Positions 39,977 to 51,128 are shown, counted from the first letter of the stretch. The stretch is DNA of 64,000 bases from an uncultured Actinomycetes bacterium (GCA_963818225.1 CAWFRO010000003.1:123105-187104); one strand, 5' to 3'. Made by a program: numbers and translations. Notes: generated by a model not told the origin, from the letters alone.

Positions 39977-40789
39977 TCAGACCCCGGCCGCGCTGAACGA
40001 TGGCTCAGCCGCGCTGAATGATGGATCGGCCGTGCTGAATGATGGCTCCGCCGCGTTGAAGGACGACGTATGCGGGCCCCGGCGTAGCGAGGCTCGGTCG
40101 GCAGGCACCGGGCCGAGCCGCCTCGGCCGAGCCAGCGCGCGGTCGGCCAGGCCGGAGCCGGACAGCGCCGGTTCCGCGAGCTCGCCGGCCACCGCGGGCG
40201 CGCTGACGATCTGGTCGATGTCGATGCCGCCGGGGCCGATGCTGTCGCATCCGGGTACCTGAGAGGCGCCGAAGTGCCCGCCGTGGGCCCACAGTGCCCG
40301 GCTGCGCGCCCTGGCCGGCTGCCGGAAGGGGGCCGGCGTCCCGGCTGGCCAGCGCCGGGGGATCTGCCAGGAGTCGAGCCAGGCCATGATCTCGCTCAGC
40401 CCGATCATGCGGTAAGTGGTGAATGGCTCCCGGGGGGTGCTGAGCACCCCGATCTGCACACACAGCCGGCCCTCGCGGTTCACGCTGTTCACGCTGGGCG
40501 GGCGGTGCGGGAGCGGGCCCGGCGCGTAGTCGATTCTTTCCCGGGTACCCAGCGCGCACCCGGCCCGGACGATCGGCAGCATCTGCGCGATTTCGCCGCG
40601 GAACGGATCCCACACCAGGTGGCACGGCCGGTTCTCCTGATTGAGCCGCTGGGCCGCCGACCAGGCCGAGGTGGCCTTCGGGTCGGCGCCGAGGGTCAGC
40701 CAGACCGCCCGCGGCGCACCTCCCCCCAACTGTCCCCCGTCGGTCTCTGCCCGAATGCATCTGGCGCCCCGCATCCACGCCTCCGCCAA
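39977..40789 (-). CDS. Conserved hypothetical protein with C-terminal heptapeptide repeats
   Basis: 270-aa ORF. CHLVWDPFRGEIAQMLP...NREGRLCVQIGVL...PFTTYRMIGLSEIMAWLDSWQIPRRWPAG looks like a real protein. I am not confident of the family. Confidence 0.5.
   Translation of the reverse strand: MAEAWMRGARCIRAETDGGQLGGGAPRAVWLTLGADPKATSAWSAAQRLNQENRPCHLVWDPFRGEIAQMLPIVRAGCALGTRERIDYAPGPLPHRPPSVNSVNREGRLCVQIGVLSTPREPFTTYRMIGLSEIMAWLDSWQIPRRWPAGTPAPFRQPARARSRALWAHGGHFGASQVPGCDSIGPGGIDIDQIVSAPAVAGELAEPALSGSGLADRALARPRRLGPVPADRASLRRGPHTSSFNAAEPSFSTADPSFSAAEPSFSAAGV
39987..40062. repeat. 21-bp tandem repeat, about 3.5 copies (codes PSFSAAE-type heptads)
   Basis: gccgcgctgaaYgatggMtcR units at 39987, 40008, 40029 and a partial unit at 40050. 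Confidence 0.8.
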
Positions 40790-41299
40790 GAGGTTCCTCC
40801 CTGAGGATCCAACGGTCTAGACCTTCTAGCTCCCTTTTACCTGCTTACGTCAGTACGAGTGATTAGTCCAGAGCTGGGCCGTTAGGATTTCGCATGCCAG
40901 GCTCCGGGCGATCCGTCCCGCTGTGACCGGGATCTGCGCTTCCGAGGCAGCCGCTCGCCGGTGGCCGGGGGACAGATGTGTCCACGGCGTCCCGGCCGCT
41001 TCGGACAGACTTGCCGCCCGCGATGCCCGGACGTCCCGCCCGCCGCCGCGACGTCACCGCGGGGAGGGCAGGGCCGCGAGGACAGTGCCGCGAGGGCAGT
41101 ACGGGAACATGACCGCGGCCAGAAACCGCAACGATGACACTGCGGGAACGTCGCCGCGGGAATTGGTCAGACCCGGCGCCCCGCTCACACCGGCCCGCTG
41201 TCCGGTGCCCGCTCTCGCCGGGTCTGCCGGCCCGGCACCCGCACGATTGCCGAGCTATTTAAAGAGGTCCGGCGCCCCGCTCTCGCCGGACCTCTTGAA

Positions 41300-42229
41300 T
41301 TACAGACGCGCTACCCGGGCCGGTGGTTCACCGCAGCGGTTCACAGCCGCCGATAACAGCGCGGCCGCCGATAACAGCGCGGCGACCTCGGCGGCGATGG
41401 CCGCGGCCACGTCGGCGTCCGGCGGGTCGACGGTCATCCGGGCCGCGGTGCCGCCCAGGCCGCGCAGCCCCAGGGCGTACTTGAGGCGGCCGATGCTCTG
41501 CCCGAGGGCGACGATCCGGTCCAGGGCCTGCTGGTGCCTGGCCGCCGCCTCCTGGTCGCCTGCCGCCTGCGCTGCGGTGAGCGCCGCGTAGACCTCAGGG
41601 TAGGCGCTGCCCCGGCCGGAGATCAGCCCGGTTCCGCCGGCCCGCATCGTGGCCGCCGGGTCCGAGTCGTCACCGGAGAATATCGCCAGGCCCGCGGCCG
41701 CCGCCGCAAACCCGGCCACGTCGTCGGCGGCGGAGCCGCTGAGCTTGACGCCGGCCAGGCCCGCAGTGGCCGCGAGCTGCGAGAACAATGCTGCGGGCAC
41801 GTGCAGGCCGGTCCGTTCGGGAAAAATGTAGGCGTACAGCTCCGGGCCGGGCGCGGCGTCCCGGATGCGGCTGTAGTGGGCGGTCAGCTCGTCGGGCCGC
41901 GCGGGCAGGTAGTACGGCGTGATCGCCGCGAGCCGCGTCGCGCCGAGGGCCGCCGCGGCCTGGGCCAGCCGGGCGCAGTGGCGGGCGTCCGGCGCACCGA
42001 CGTGCGCGATGACCCGGTCCGGTCCCGCCTCGGCCAGCGCCAGCTCGATGAGCGAAAGGCGCTCGGAGTCGTCCAGGGCCGGGAACTCGCCGGTCGTCCC
42101 GGCCACGAACAGCCCGTCCAGCAGCCCGGCCACGTGCTTGTACAGGACCCGGTTGGCCTCGAGATCGAGCTCGCCGTCACCGCTGAAGAGCGTCGGCACG
42201 GCCGCGAAGACGACCGCGGCCGGACTCAC
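41300..42229 (-). CDS. Dihydrodipicolinate synthase/N-acetylneuraminate lyase family protein
   Basis: GTG at 42229 overlaps the upstream stop (GTGA). FVAGTTGEFPAL, the YIFPERTG region, and GVKLSGS (Schiff-base Lys). The longer track ORF start is an out-of-frame overlap. Confidence 0.8.
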   Translation of the reverse strand: MSPAAVVFAAVPTLFSGDGELDLEANRVLYKHVAGLLDGLFVAGTTGEFPALDDSERLSLIELALAEAGPDRVIAHVGAPDARHCARLAQAAAALGATRLAAITPYYLPARPDELTAHYSRIRDAAPGPELYAYIFPERTGLHVPAALFSQLAATAGLAGVKLSGSAADDVAGFAAAAAGLAIFSGDDSDPAATMRAGGTGLISGRGSAYPEVYAALTAAQAAGDQEAAARHQQALDRIVALGQSIGRLKYALGLRGLGGTAARMTVDPPDADVAAAIAAEVAALLSAAALLSAAVNRCGEPPARVARL

Positions 42230-42717
42230 GTGTAGGGCTGCCGCTTGAAGAACGCGGTCGATTCCCGGCGCCACAGCAGCCACACCACGGCCAGCCCGAC
42301 CAGCCAGGTCAGCACCGGGAACACTAGGTCGATGACCCTCTTCGGGCCTCGGAAGGATTCGAGCACGGTGAGGGTCTCGATGCCGAACAGCACGGTCGAG
42401 GTGATCCGCGCCCAGTTCTTGCCCTGGCCGTTGGCTCGCGCCATCAAGAGCCACAGGCCGATCCCGACGCCCGCCGAGATGATCGCGACGATGATGAACG
42501 CCGTGAACGCCCGGTCGATCTGGCTGGCGGTGTATTTCGGGAATTCGGTCCTGAGCGAGGGCTTGATGCTGCCGATGAAGGCCAGCGAGATGATCAAGCT
42601 GACGGTGCTGATCGCCGCGCCCACGTACATGAGCTTGACCGCGTTCTCCACCGGCTTGGGAGCAGGAGGCCGCTCCGCCTCGAGAGGCTTGCCGCTAGAC
42701 GGGTAGCGCTGGACCAT
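42226..42717 (-). CDS. Four-TM membrane protein of unknown function
   Basis: 163-aa ORF with protein-like composition, translationally coupled to the DapA-family gene. Confidence 0.6.
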   Translation of the reverse strand: MVQRYPSSGKPLEAERPPAPKPVENAVKLMYVGAAISTVSLIISLAFIGSIKPSLRTEFPKYTASQIDRAFTAFIIVAIISAGVGIGLWLLMARANGQGKNWARITSTVLFGIETLTVLESFRGPKRVIDLVFPVLTWLVGLAVVWLLWRRESTAFFKRQPYT

Positions 42718-42837
42718 GATGACCTCTGCAAGATAAACGTGCCTGGATGACCACTGAGCTTAGTAGCCCGTCGGCTACGTCAGGCCATCCGGTGCCGGCG
42801 GGCATGTCATCGGCCCGGCCGGGCGATACTGGCAGGC

Positions 42838-43644
42838 GTGACGGACGAGACCTCAGCCGCCCCGCGCGCGGACGCGGCTGTCCCCGGCCTGCCGGGGCCC
42901 CGCCTGCTGCGCTGGGAGATCGTCACCGTCTTCGCCGTCTCCCTCGGCGCCAGCGGCCTGTACGCGGTGGTCCAGTACATCGGCTCCCTGACCGCGCAGC
43001 AGACGCTCAGCAAGCAGGCGGTGGTGGTGCACGGCACCCTCGCCCCCGGGCGCCCGCTGCTCGACTTTTTCCTGCAGCTCACCGACATCACCCTGGCCCT
43101 GGCCCCGGTCCTGCTCGTGTTCTACCTGCTGGCCCGGTCCGGAGAGGGGCCGTCGTCGATCGGCCTGGACGCCAGCCAGCCAGGCCGGGACCTGGCCTGG
43201 GGCGCCGGGCTGGCCGCGCTGATCGGCGGCGCGGGCCTGGGCCTGTACCTGATCGCCTACCACCTGGGCGTCGAGCTGAACGTCGTGGCCGAGAACCTGC
43301 CCGACGTCTGGTGGCGCTTCCCGGTGCTGGTCCTGTCCGCCGCGCAGAACGGCATCCTGGAAGAAGTCATCGTCGTCGGGTACCTGCTGAACCGGCTGGA
43401 CCAGCTCGGGGTCGGCCCGGCCCGGGCCATCGCCATCAGCGCGGTGATCCGTGGCTCCTACCACCTGTACCAGGGCATTGGCGCATTCTTCGGCAACGCG
43501 GCCATGGGCGTCATCTTCGGCATCTTCTACCGCCGGTACGGCCGGGTGACGCCGCTGATCGTGGCGCACACCCTGATCGACGCCGTGACCTTCATCGGCT
43601 ACGCGCTGCTGGCCGGCCACGTCTCCTGGCTCCCCGCCCCGTGA
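42838..43644 (+). CDS. CPBP-family intramembrane glutamic endopeptidase (CAAX protease/Abi-like)
   Basis: Motifs ILEEVIVVGYL, SYHLYQG and IVAHTLIDAV in a polytopic protein. Confidence 0.8.
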   Translation: MTDETSAAPRADAAVPGLPGPRLLRWEIVTVFAVSLGASGLYAVVQYIGSLTAQQTLSKQAVVVHGTLAPGRPLLDFFLQLTDITLALAPVLLVFYLLARSGEGPSSIGLDASQPGRDLAWGAGLAALIGGAGLGLYLIAYHLGVELNVVAENLPDVWWRFPVLVLSAAQNGILEEVIVVGYLLNRLDQLGVGPARAIAISAVIRGSYHLYQGIGAFFGNAAMGVIFGIFYRRYGRVTPLIVAHTLIDAVTFIGYALLAGHVSWLPAP

Positions 43645-43663
43645 GCGCCCCCGTGAGCGCCCG

Positions 43664-44383
43664 GTGAGCGCGGCGAATGTCCCGGTGGGCCTGCTGAGCC
43701 GGCTCTGGGAGCGGATTTCAGGCAGCCAGCCCGTGCCGCCCGTCTGGGTGGTGGCCGTTACCGGCCTGGCCGCCCTGCTCCTCGTGCTGAACACCGGGTC
43801 CTGGCGGCTGGCCGGCAAGGTGATCACGATCGCGCATGAGGGCGGGCACGCGCTGGTGTCCGTGCTGTCCGGCCGGCGGCTCGAGGGGATCCGGCTGCAC
43901 TCGGACAGCTCCGGGGTGACCTACTCGCGCGGCAAGCGCCGCGGCCCGGGCCTGGTGCTGACGGCGGCCGCGGGCTACCTGACCCCATCGCTGCTCGGCG
44001 CCGGCGCGGCCGGGCTGCTGGCGGCGCGGCATCAGACCGCCCTGCTGTGGCTGGCCCTGGTCCTGCTGGCCGCGACGTTCCTGGCCATCCGCAACGCGTT
44101 CGGCGCGCTGGCCGTGCTGGCCACCGCGGGCTGCGTGTTCGCGGTCAGCTATTTTGCCTCGGCCGCGGCGCAGGCGGGCTTCGCCTACCTGTTCGCCTGG
44201 TTTCTCCTGCTCGGCGGGATGCGCCCGGCGCTCGAGCTGGCCAGCCGCCGCCAGCGCCGCGGGGTGTCCGACGCCGACCAGCTGGCCCGGCTGACCCGCG
44301 TCCCGCGCGGCGCGTGGGTAACCCTGTTCCTCCTGGTCTGCGCCGCCGCCCTGGCCCTGGGCACCCGCCTGCTCATCCCGTAA
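43664..44383 (+). CDS. M50-family metallopeptidase (membrane)
   Basis: VITIAHEGGHALVSVLSGRRLEGIRLHSDSSGVT (HExxH) followed by TM segments. Confidence 0.75.
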   Translation: MSAANVPVGLLSRLWERISGSQPVPPVWVVAVTGLAALLLVLNTGSWRLAGKVITIAHEGGHALVSVLSGRRLEGIRLHSDSSGVTYSRGKRRGPGLVLTAAAGYLTPSLLGAGAAGLLAARHQTALLWLALVLLAATFLAIRNAFGALAVLATAGCVFAVSYFASAAAQAGFAYLFAWFLLLGGMRPALELASRRQRRGVSDADQLARLTRVPRGAWVTLFLLVCAAALALGTRLLIP

Positions 44384-44499
44384 CGCGTTTGCTGGCCAGT
44401 TCGGGGCCAGGTGCGGTCCACAACTGGCCACGAGCATGAAACCCGCCTGCATGATGGTGGGCCGTTCGGGCAGAATGCGCCCACGCCTCCACCCTATTT

Positions 44500-44559
44500 C
44501 GCAATTATTGCGCGAAACTTGGTACACAAGTTGACACTGTGCATGCCGCTTCTTATCAT
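44500..44559 (+). promoter_or_regulatory. Candidate operator palindrome plus sigma70-like promoter upstream of the IclR gene
   Basis: CGCAAT-t-ATTGCG lies at 44500-44512. TTGACA (44531-44536), a 17-nt spacer, then TATCAT (44554-44559), in a locally AT-rich stretch about 40 nt before the ATG at 44600. Confidence 0.45.
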
Positions 44560-44599
44560 TTACTGATATTTGTATTCTGATGTACCGAGAAAGGTCATC

Positions 44600-45385
44600 A
44601 TGGCCAGGGCCACGGCCGTCAAGATGCCCCCCGAGGCGAGTGCCGCCCACGGCTGCGAGGGAGCCCGCCGCGTTCTCGCCCTGATGCTGGCCTTCTCCGC
44701 CGAACGGAGCAGCCTGACGGCCCGCGAGCTGGCCGCGGCCACCGGCATCGCGCTGCCCAGCGTCTACCGGTACATCACGCTGCTGCGCGAAACCGGCCTG
44801 CTGGCCGGGGACGAGCGCGGCAGCTACCGGCTGTCGGCCCGGCTGATCGGGCTGGCCCGCGCGGCCGAGGCCGCGGAGAGCATCATCGATATCGCCGACC
44901 CGTTCATGCGCGAGCTGGCCGCGCAGACCGGTGAGACGGTCATCCTGGTCCGGCTGATCGGCCGGTCCGCGGTGTGCGTGCACCGGGTTGAGTCGGCCCA
45001 GCGGCTGCGCATCGCGTTCGAACCCGGCCAGCCGATGCCGCTGGAACGCGGGGCCAGCGCCCGGCTGCTGCTGGCCGGCCTGACGCCCGAGCAGCGCAGG
45101 TCCCATCTGGCTGCGCTGGCCGAGCGCGACCCTGAGGGCGCCGCCCTGCTGGAGCGCAAAGCCGCCCAGGCCGCCGAGCAGGGGTACGCGGTCAGCGAGG
45201 AGGAACTGGAGAAGGGCGTGTGGGCCGTATCCGCGCCGGTGTTCCAGGGCAAGCGCATGACCGCGGTCATCACTGTCCCCTCGCCGCTGGTGCGGGCCCC
45301 CGCGCCGCTGCAGGACAAACTGCTCGCCCAGGTCCGGGCCGCCGCCCAGGCCATCAGCGAGGCCGTCGGCGTCGCCCGGCGCTGA
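44600..45385 (+). CDS. IclR-family transcriptional regulator
   Basis: LTARELAAATGIALPSVYRYITLLRETGLL wHTH plus a C-terminal effector domain (VILVRLIGRSAVCVHRVES...). The ATG at 44600 is preferred over the TTG at 44570. Confidence 0.85.
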   Translation: MARATAVKMPPEASAAHGCEGARRVLALMLAFSAERSSLTARELAAATGIALPSVYRYITLLRETGLLAGDERGSYRLSARLIGLARAAEAAESIIDIADPFMRELAAQTGETVILVRLIGRSAVCVHRVESAQRLRIAFEPGQPMPLERGASARLLLAGLTPEQRRSHLAALAERDPEGAALLERKAAQAAEQGYAVSEEELEKGVWAVSAPVFQGKRMTAVITVPSPLVRAPAPLQDKLLAQVRAAAQAISEAVGVARR

Positions 45386-45450
45386 ACCGTGCCGGCCGGC
45401 GCGGCACCGCCCCCTGCCGGCCCGGCAGGCCAGCCGGTTATCCTGCCGGG

Positions 45451-47052
<1,602 letters not shown>

Positions 47053-48399
47053 ATGGACTCCTGGCGCCGTACGGATATCCCGGTGCTGCCGGGCAGCGGC
47101 CCGGGACCCCGGATCCACGACACGGCCTCGGGCAAGCTGGTCCTCGCCGCCGCCGGCCCGGTGGCCACGCTGTACGCCTGCGGCATCACGCCCTATGACG
47201 CGACGCACATCGGGCACGCGTTCACCTACACCGCGTGGGACCTGCTGGTGCGGGCCTGGCTGGACGCCAGGCCCGAGATCCTCGGTGACGGGCCGCCTCC
47301 GGGGGGCCCGCCGGCGCGGTACACCGTCAGCTACGTGCAGAACGTCACGGACGTCGACGACCCGCTGCTCGAGCGCGCTGAGCGTGACGGCGAGGACTGG
47401 CGTGAGCTGGCCCGCCGCGAGATCCAGCGGTACCGCGGCGACATGGAGGCGCTGCGCATCCTGCCGCCGGACCACCTGATCGGGGCGGTGGAGGCGCTGC
47501 CGGTGATCGAGGAGTTCACGGCCCGGCTGGCCGACCGCGGCGCCCTGTACGACCTCGACGAGGACCTGTATTTCGCCAAGGCCGCCGATCCGCGCTTCGG
47601 CGCGCTGTCCGGGCCCGGCACCGCTTGCGGGTACGACCCGGCCGAGATGGCCGACCTGGCCGCGCAGCGCGGTGGCGACCCGGGCCGGCCCGGAAAGAAG
47701 GACCCGCTGGACGCCCTGGTCTGGCGGGCCGAACGACCAGGCGAGCCGGCCTGGGACTCGCGGTTCGGCCGCGGCAGGCCCGGCTGGCACGTCGAATGCG
47801 CCGCCATCGCGACCGAGTACCTGGGCCCGGTCTTCGACGTGCAGGCGGGGGGATCGGACCTGGTTTTCCCGCACCATGAGCTGAGCGCGTCTCACGCCCG
47901 GGTGGCTTTTGCCCCGGCCGAGGGTGTGTTCGCCCGGGTCTACGCCCATTCCGGCACGGTCAGCTACCAGGGCAGCAAGATGTCCAAGTCATTGGGCAAC
48001 CTGGTGTTCGTGAGCAGCCTGCTGGCCGGCGGCGCGGACCCGATGGCGCTGCGGGTCGCACTGCTGGCTCACCACTACCGGTCCGACTGGGAATGGACCG
48101 AGGCCCTCCTGGCCGACGCCGACGCCCGGCTGACCCGGTGGCGGGCCGCGCTGGCCCGCACCGTGGCCGCCGCCTCCGCGGGCCCCGAAGATGCCCCGTC
48201 TGACGCGGCGGCCGAGACGCTCACCGGGGTCCGCGCGCGCATGCGCGACGACCTCGACGCCCCCGGTGCGCTCGCTGTCATCGACCGCTGGGCCGACCGG
48301 CTGCTGGCCGACGCGCCGACCCGGATCACGCCCGCCGACGTAGCCGGCGCCCGACTGGTCCGCGACACCGCCGACGCCCTGCTCGGCATCCGCCTGTAG
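47053..48399 (+). CDS. mshC: L-cysteine:1D-myo-inositol 2-amino-2-deoxy-alpha-D-glucopyranoside ligase (mycothiol biosynthesis)
   Basis: MDSWRRTDIPVLPG..., CGITPYDATHIGHA, YVQNVTDVDDPLLERAERDG, RPGWHVECAAI, FPHHE, KMSKSLGN, all as in MshC. Confidence 0.85.
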   Translation: MDSWRRTDIPVLPGSGPGPRIHDTASGKLVLAAAGPVATLYACGITPYDATHIGHAFTYTAWDLLVRAWLDARPEILGDGPPPGGPPARYTVSYVQNVTDVDDPLLERAERDGEDWRELARREIQRYRGDMEALRILPPDHLIGAVEALPVIEEFTARLADRGALYDLDEDLYFAKAADPRFGALSGPGTACGYDPAEMADLAAQRGGDPGRPGKKDPLDALVWRAERPGEPAWDSRFGRGRPGWHVECAAIATEYLGPVFDVQAGGSDLVFPHHELSASHARVAFAPAEGVFARVYAHSGTVSYQGSKMSKSLGNLVFVSSLLAGGADPMALRVALLAHHYRSDWEWTEALLADADARLTRWRAALARTVAAASAGPEDAPSDAAAETLTGVRARMRDDLDAPGALAVIDRWADRLLADAPTRITPADVAGARLVRDTADALLGIRL

Positions 48400-48409
48400 T
48401 CCGGGCCGC

Positions 48410-48898
48410 CTACAGCCCCGGCGCGGGGACGGTAGCCGCGGCGGCCGCGATCACGGCCACGTCGGTGGTCGCCACCTCGCGCCCGTCCTCGTCGATGAAG
48501 CCGACATGCGCCGGGCGGCCGGTGCCGCGCACCCGGCGCAGCATGCTCGGGCCGTCGGGGTGCGGCAGGTGCTCATCGCCCCACTGCTGCAGCGCGCCGA
48601 GCACGACGTGGAGCTCGCGGCCGGCCGGGGTCAGCCGGTAGGCGAACCGGGAGCGCGCGCCCGGCTCCTGGTAGGGCTCGCGCGCCAGGACCCCGAACTC
48701 CACCAGCGTCCCGAGGCGGTCCGACAGCACGTCCGAGGCCACCCCGAGACCGTCCCGGAACTCCGCGAACCTGGTCGCGCCCAGGAAGGCCTCCCGCAGG
48801 ATCAGGAAGGTCCACCGCTCGCCGAGCACGCCCAGGCTGCGCGCGATGGAGCAGGTCGAATCGGGGACCTTGCCGGCTGCCTGCATGCTTTTCGCCAT
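48410..48898 (-). CDS. HxlR-family transcriptional regulator
   Basis: CSIARSLGVLGERWTFLILREAFLGATRFAEFRDGLGVASDVLSDRL, divergent from an SDR gene. Confidence 0.85.
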   Translation of the reverse strand: MAKSMQAAGKVPDSTCSIARSLGVLGERWTFLILREAFLGATRFAEFRDGLGVASDVLSDRLGTLVEFGVLAREPYQEPGARSRFAYRLTPAGRELHVVLGALQQWGDEHLPHPDGPSMLRRVRGTGRPAHVGFIDEDGREVATTDVAVIAAAAATVPAPGL

Positions 48899-48967
48899 GC
48901 CAGCAACGATACCTTCCTGGGTTGGACATTCCTACTCAGCTCTGCTAGCGTTCGTGAGCGACGGCTA

Positions 48968-48984
48968 AGTTGTTTAAACCAACT
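48968..48984. promoter_or_regulatory. Imperfect palindrome in the HxlR/SDR divergent intergenic region (candidate operator)
   Basis: AGTTGTTTAAACCAACT, with 7 of 8 arm positions complementary. Confidence 0.3.
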
Positions 48985-48998
48985 CAGAAGAGGATCTC

Positions 48999-49697
48999 AT
49001 GGACATCGCCGGGAAGACCGCACTCGTGACCGGGGCCAACCGAGGCCTGGGACGGCAGCTGGCCGCCCAGCTCCGCGACCGGGGCGCCCGCGTTTACGCC
49101 GCGGCCCGGAATCCGGGCGCCGTGGACCTGACGGGGGTAACCCCGCTGGCCCTGGACATCACCGACCCGGCCGCGGTGCAAGCGGCCGCCGAGGCCACCG
49201 GCGACGTGGCGATCCTGGTCAACAACGCCGGCTCCGCCACCGGGGCCTCGCTGCTGACCGGGGACCTGGCCGACATCCGGCTGGAGCTGGACACCCATTT
49301 CCTCGGCACGCTGGCCGTGACCCGGGCCTTCGCCCCGCAGCTGGCCGCCCAGGGCGCCAGCGCCGTGCTGAACGTCCTGTCCGTGCTGTCCTGGCTGAGC
49401 CTTCCCCAGTCCGGCGCCTACTGCGCCGCCAAGTCGGCGGAGTGGTCGCTGACCAACGCCCTGCGCCAGGAGCTGGCCTCGCAGGGCACCCAGGTGACGG
49501 CCCTGCACGTGGGCTACATGGACACCGACATGGTCCGCCGCCTGGACGTGCCCAAGTCCGACCCGGCCGTCATCGCCAAGCTGGCCATCGACGGGCTGGC
49601 GGCAGGTGATGTCGAGGTCATCGCCGACGAGACCAGCAGGCGTGTCCTGGCCGGGCTCTCCGGCGGGGCCGCCGCCCTCTACCCGCAGTTCGCCTGA
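48999..49697 (+). CDS. SDR-family oxidoreductase
   Basis: KTALVTGANRGLGR, NNAG, and YCAAKSA (YxxxK). Confidence 0.85.
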   Translation: MDIAGKTALVTGANRGLGRQLAAQLRDRGARVYAAARNPGAVDLTGVTPLALDITDPAAVQAAAEATGDVAILVNNAGSATGASLLTGDLADIRLELDTHFLGTLAVTRAFAPQLAAQGASAVLNVLSVLSWLSLPQSGAYCAAKSAEWSLTNALRQELASQGTQVTALHVGYMDTDMVRRLDVPKSDPAVIAKLAIDGLAAGDVEVIADETSRRVLAGLSGGAAALYPQFA

Positions 49698-49766
49698 CCG
49701 GCCCGGCTCACCCGCGCGGACCTGGTGCCTCCCGGCGGGCCGTGGCGAGCAGCTTCAGGCTGCCGG

Positions 49767-51128
49767 TTACACCGGGTCCTTGCTCAGCGCCGCGTAGTTG
49801 CTGAACATCGGCACTGGGCCGCCGCATACGCCCAGGTGCGCGTCGATCTTCACCTGCCGTTCCCCGGCCCGTCCCTGCAGCTGCTGGATGGTGTCGGTCC
49901 ACAGCCAGTACCGGGTCCGGCCGGAGCCGATGTTCCCGCCGCTGGGCGAGACCGGGGTCGGCCCGTCGATGGAGATGTCGCCCTGGAAGAAGTCCAGGCA
50001 CTCGCCTTCCTTGACCCCGAAGAAGCCGAAGCCCTCGATCCAGAACGGGTGGAACAAGCTGAACCCGTCGTACGCGTTCTCGAACTGGACGTCGCTGGCC
50101 GAGATGCCCGCGGACTCATACAGCCGCCGGGCCGTGGTCGCGGCACACTCCTGCACTTCCTCCAGGGTGTGGATGGTGCTGCGGGCCCTGAAACCGGCGT
50201 AGGAATCGCCGCTACCGTGCCCGCCGCTGGCGTGCCCCAGCACGTACACCGGCGGCTGGCGCAGGTCCTGCGCGCGGTCCGCGGTGGTGAACAGGTAGGC
50301 CGCGGCGGTGTGGATCGGGATGTCGTTGTCGAGCAGGTTGGCCGGCTCCGCGATCCACCGGGACTGCAGGTAATCCTCGGTCGTGACCGGCGTCGGCCGG
50401 TGCTGGGCCCAGTAGCCCTCCGGCATCCTCAGCCCGTTGGCCCGCGAGTTGATCACGAACGGGGCCATCATGTCGTGCGTCTTGCCGTACTTGTGCAGGT
50501 ACCGCTGGAACTGCTGGGCGAAGGCGTACACCGGGGGACCGGCCAGCGCCTGGCCGTACTTGCCCGGCCCGGCCACGGTGTCCTGCTGGCTGGCCCCGCG
50601 CTGGCCGTACCGGCCGGGGATGTTGTGCCAGCCCTTCACGGCCAGCACCACCGCGCCCATCCCGCGGCCGACCGCCTCCATGGCCGCGGCCACGCACATC
50701 GACATGCAGTTCGTGGCGAGCATCACGAACTTCAGCCCGGTCAGCTCGGGCATGTTCTTCACCAGCCACTCCGGGCTCAGCTGCACCAGCCCGTCCAGCG
50801 GGTTGCCGGTCTGCTGGAAGGCGGCCAGGAAGTCCTCCGGGACGGGCAGGTCCCGGGGCCAGAACGCGCCGGTGCTGGTCGAGGAGTCGAGCACCAGCCC
50901 GTCCACCTCGCCGGGGGCGACGCCGGCGTCCTCGATGGCCCTGCGGATGGCCAGGATGGCCCACCCGCCGACGCTGGTCTGAGGGTCACCGTCCCAGTTC
51001 CGGAGCGTGGGCGAGTGCCCGATGCCGACCGCGGCGACCTGGCCCCGGTAGGGCCACAGGCCCGGCTGGTCGGAGGTCCGGTACAGGCCCAGCCCGGCGG
51101 CTGATGAGTAAATGGTGGGGGCCGTCAC
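49767..51128 (-). CDS. Thiolase-superfamily protein (SCP-x/lipid-transfer-protein-like)
   Basis: 453 aa, with thiolase-like N- and C-terminal halves (...NCMSMCVAAAMEAV..., ...SPSGGNIGSGRT...). I cannot place it more precisely. Confidence 0.7.
   Translation of the reverse strand: MTAPTIYSSAAGLGLYRTSDQPGLWPYRGQVAAVGIGHSPTLRNWDGDPQTSVGGWAILAIRRAIEDAGVAPGEVDGLVLDSSTSTGAFWPRDLPVPEDFLAAFQQTGNPLDGLVQLSPEWLVKNMPELTGLKFVMLATNCMSMCVAAAMEAVGRGMGAVVLAVKGWHNIPGRYGQRGASQQDTVAGPGKYGQALAGPPVYAFAQQFQRYLHKYGKTHDMMAPFVINSRANGLRMPEGYWAQHRPTPVTTEDYLQSRWIAEPANLLDNDIPIHTAAAYLFTTADRAQDLRQPPVYVLGHASGGHGSGDSYAGFRARSTIHTLEEVQECAATTARRLYESAGISASDVQFENAYDGFSLFHPFWIEGFGFFGVKEGECLDFFQGDISIDGPTPVSPSGGNIGSGRTRYWLWTDTIQQLQGRAGERQVKIDAHLGVCGGPVPMFSNYAALSKDPV

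Noticed and set aside
41346-41381. 18-bp tandem duplication (gccgccgataacagcgcg, two copies) at the 3' end of the DapA-family gene
   Set aside because: The duplication is real, but it only duplicates ALLSAA in a non-conserved tail. It has no evident functional implication.
45220-45450. Upstream extension of the amidase ORF to 45220
   Set aside because: This part overlaps the IclR gene 3' end in another frame and is Arg/Pro/Gly-rich. The ATG at 45451 begins the recognisable amidase sequence.
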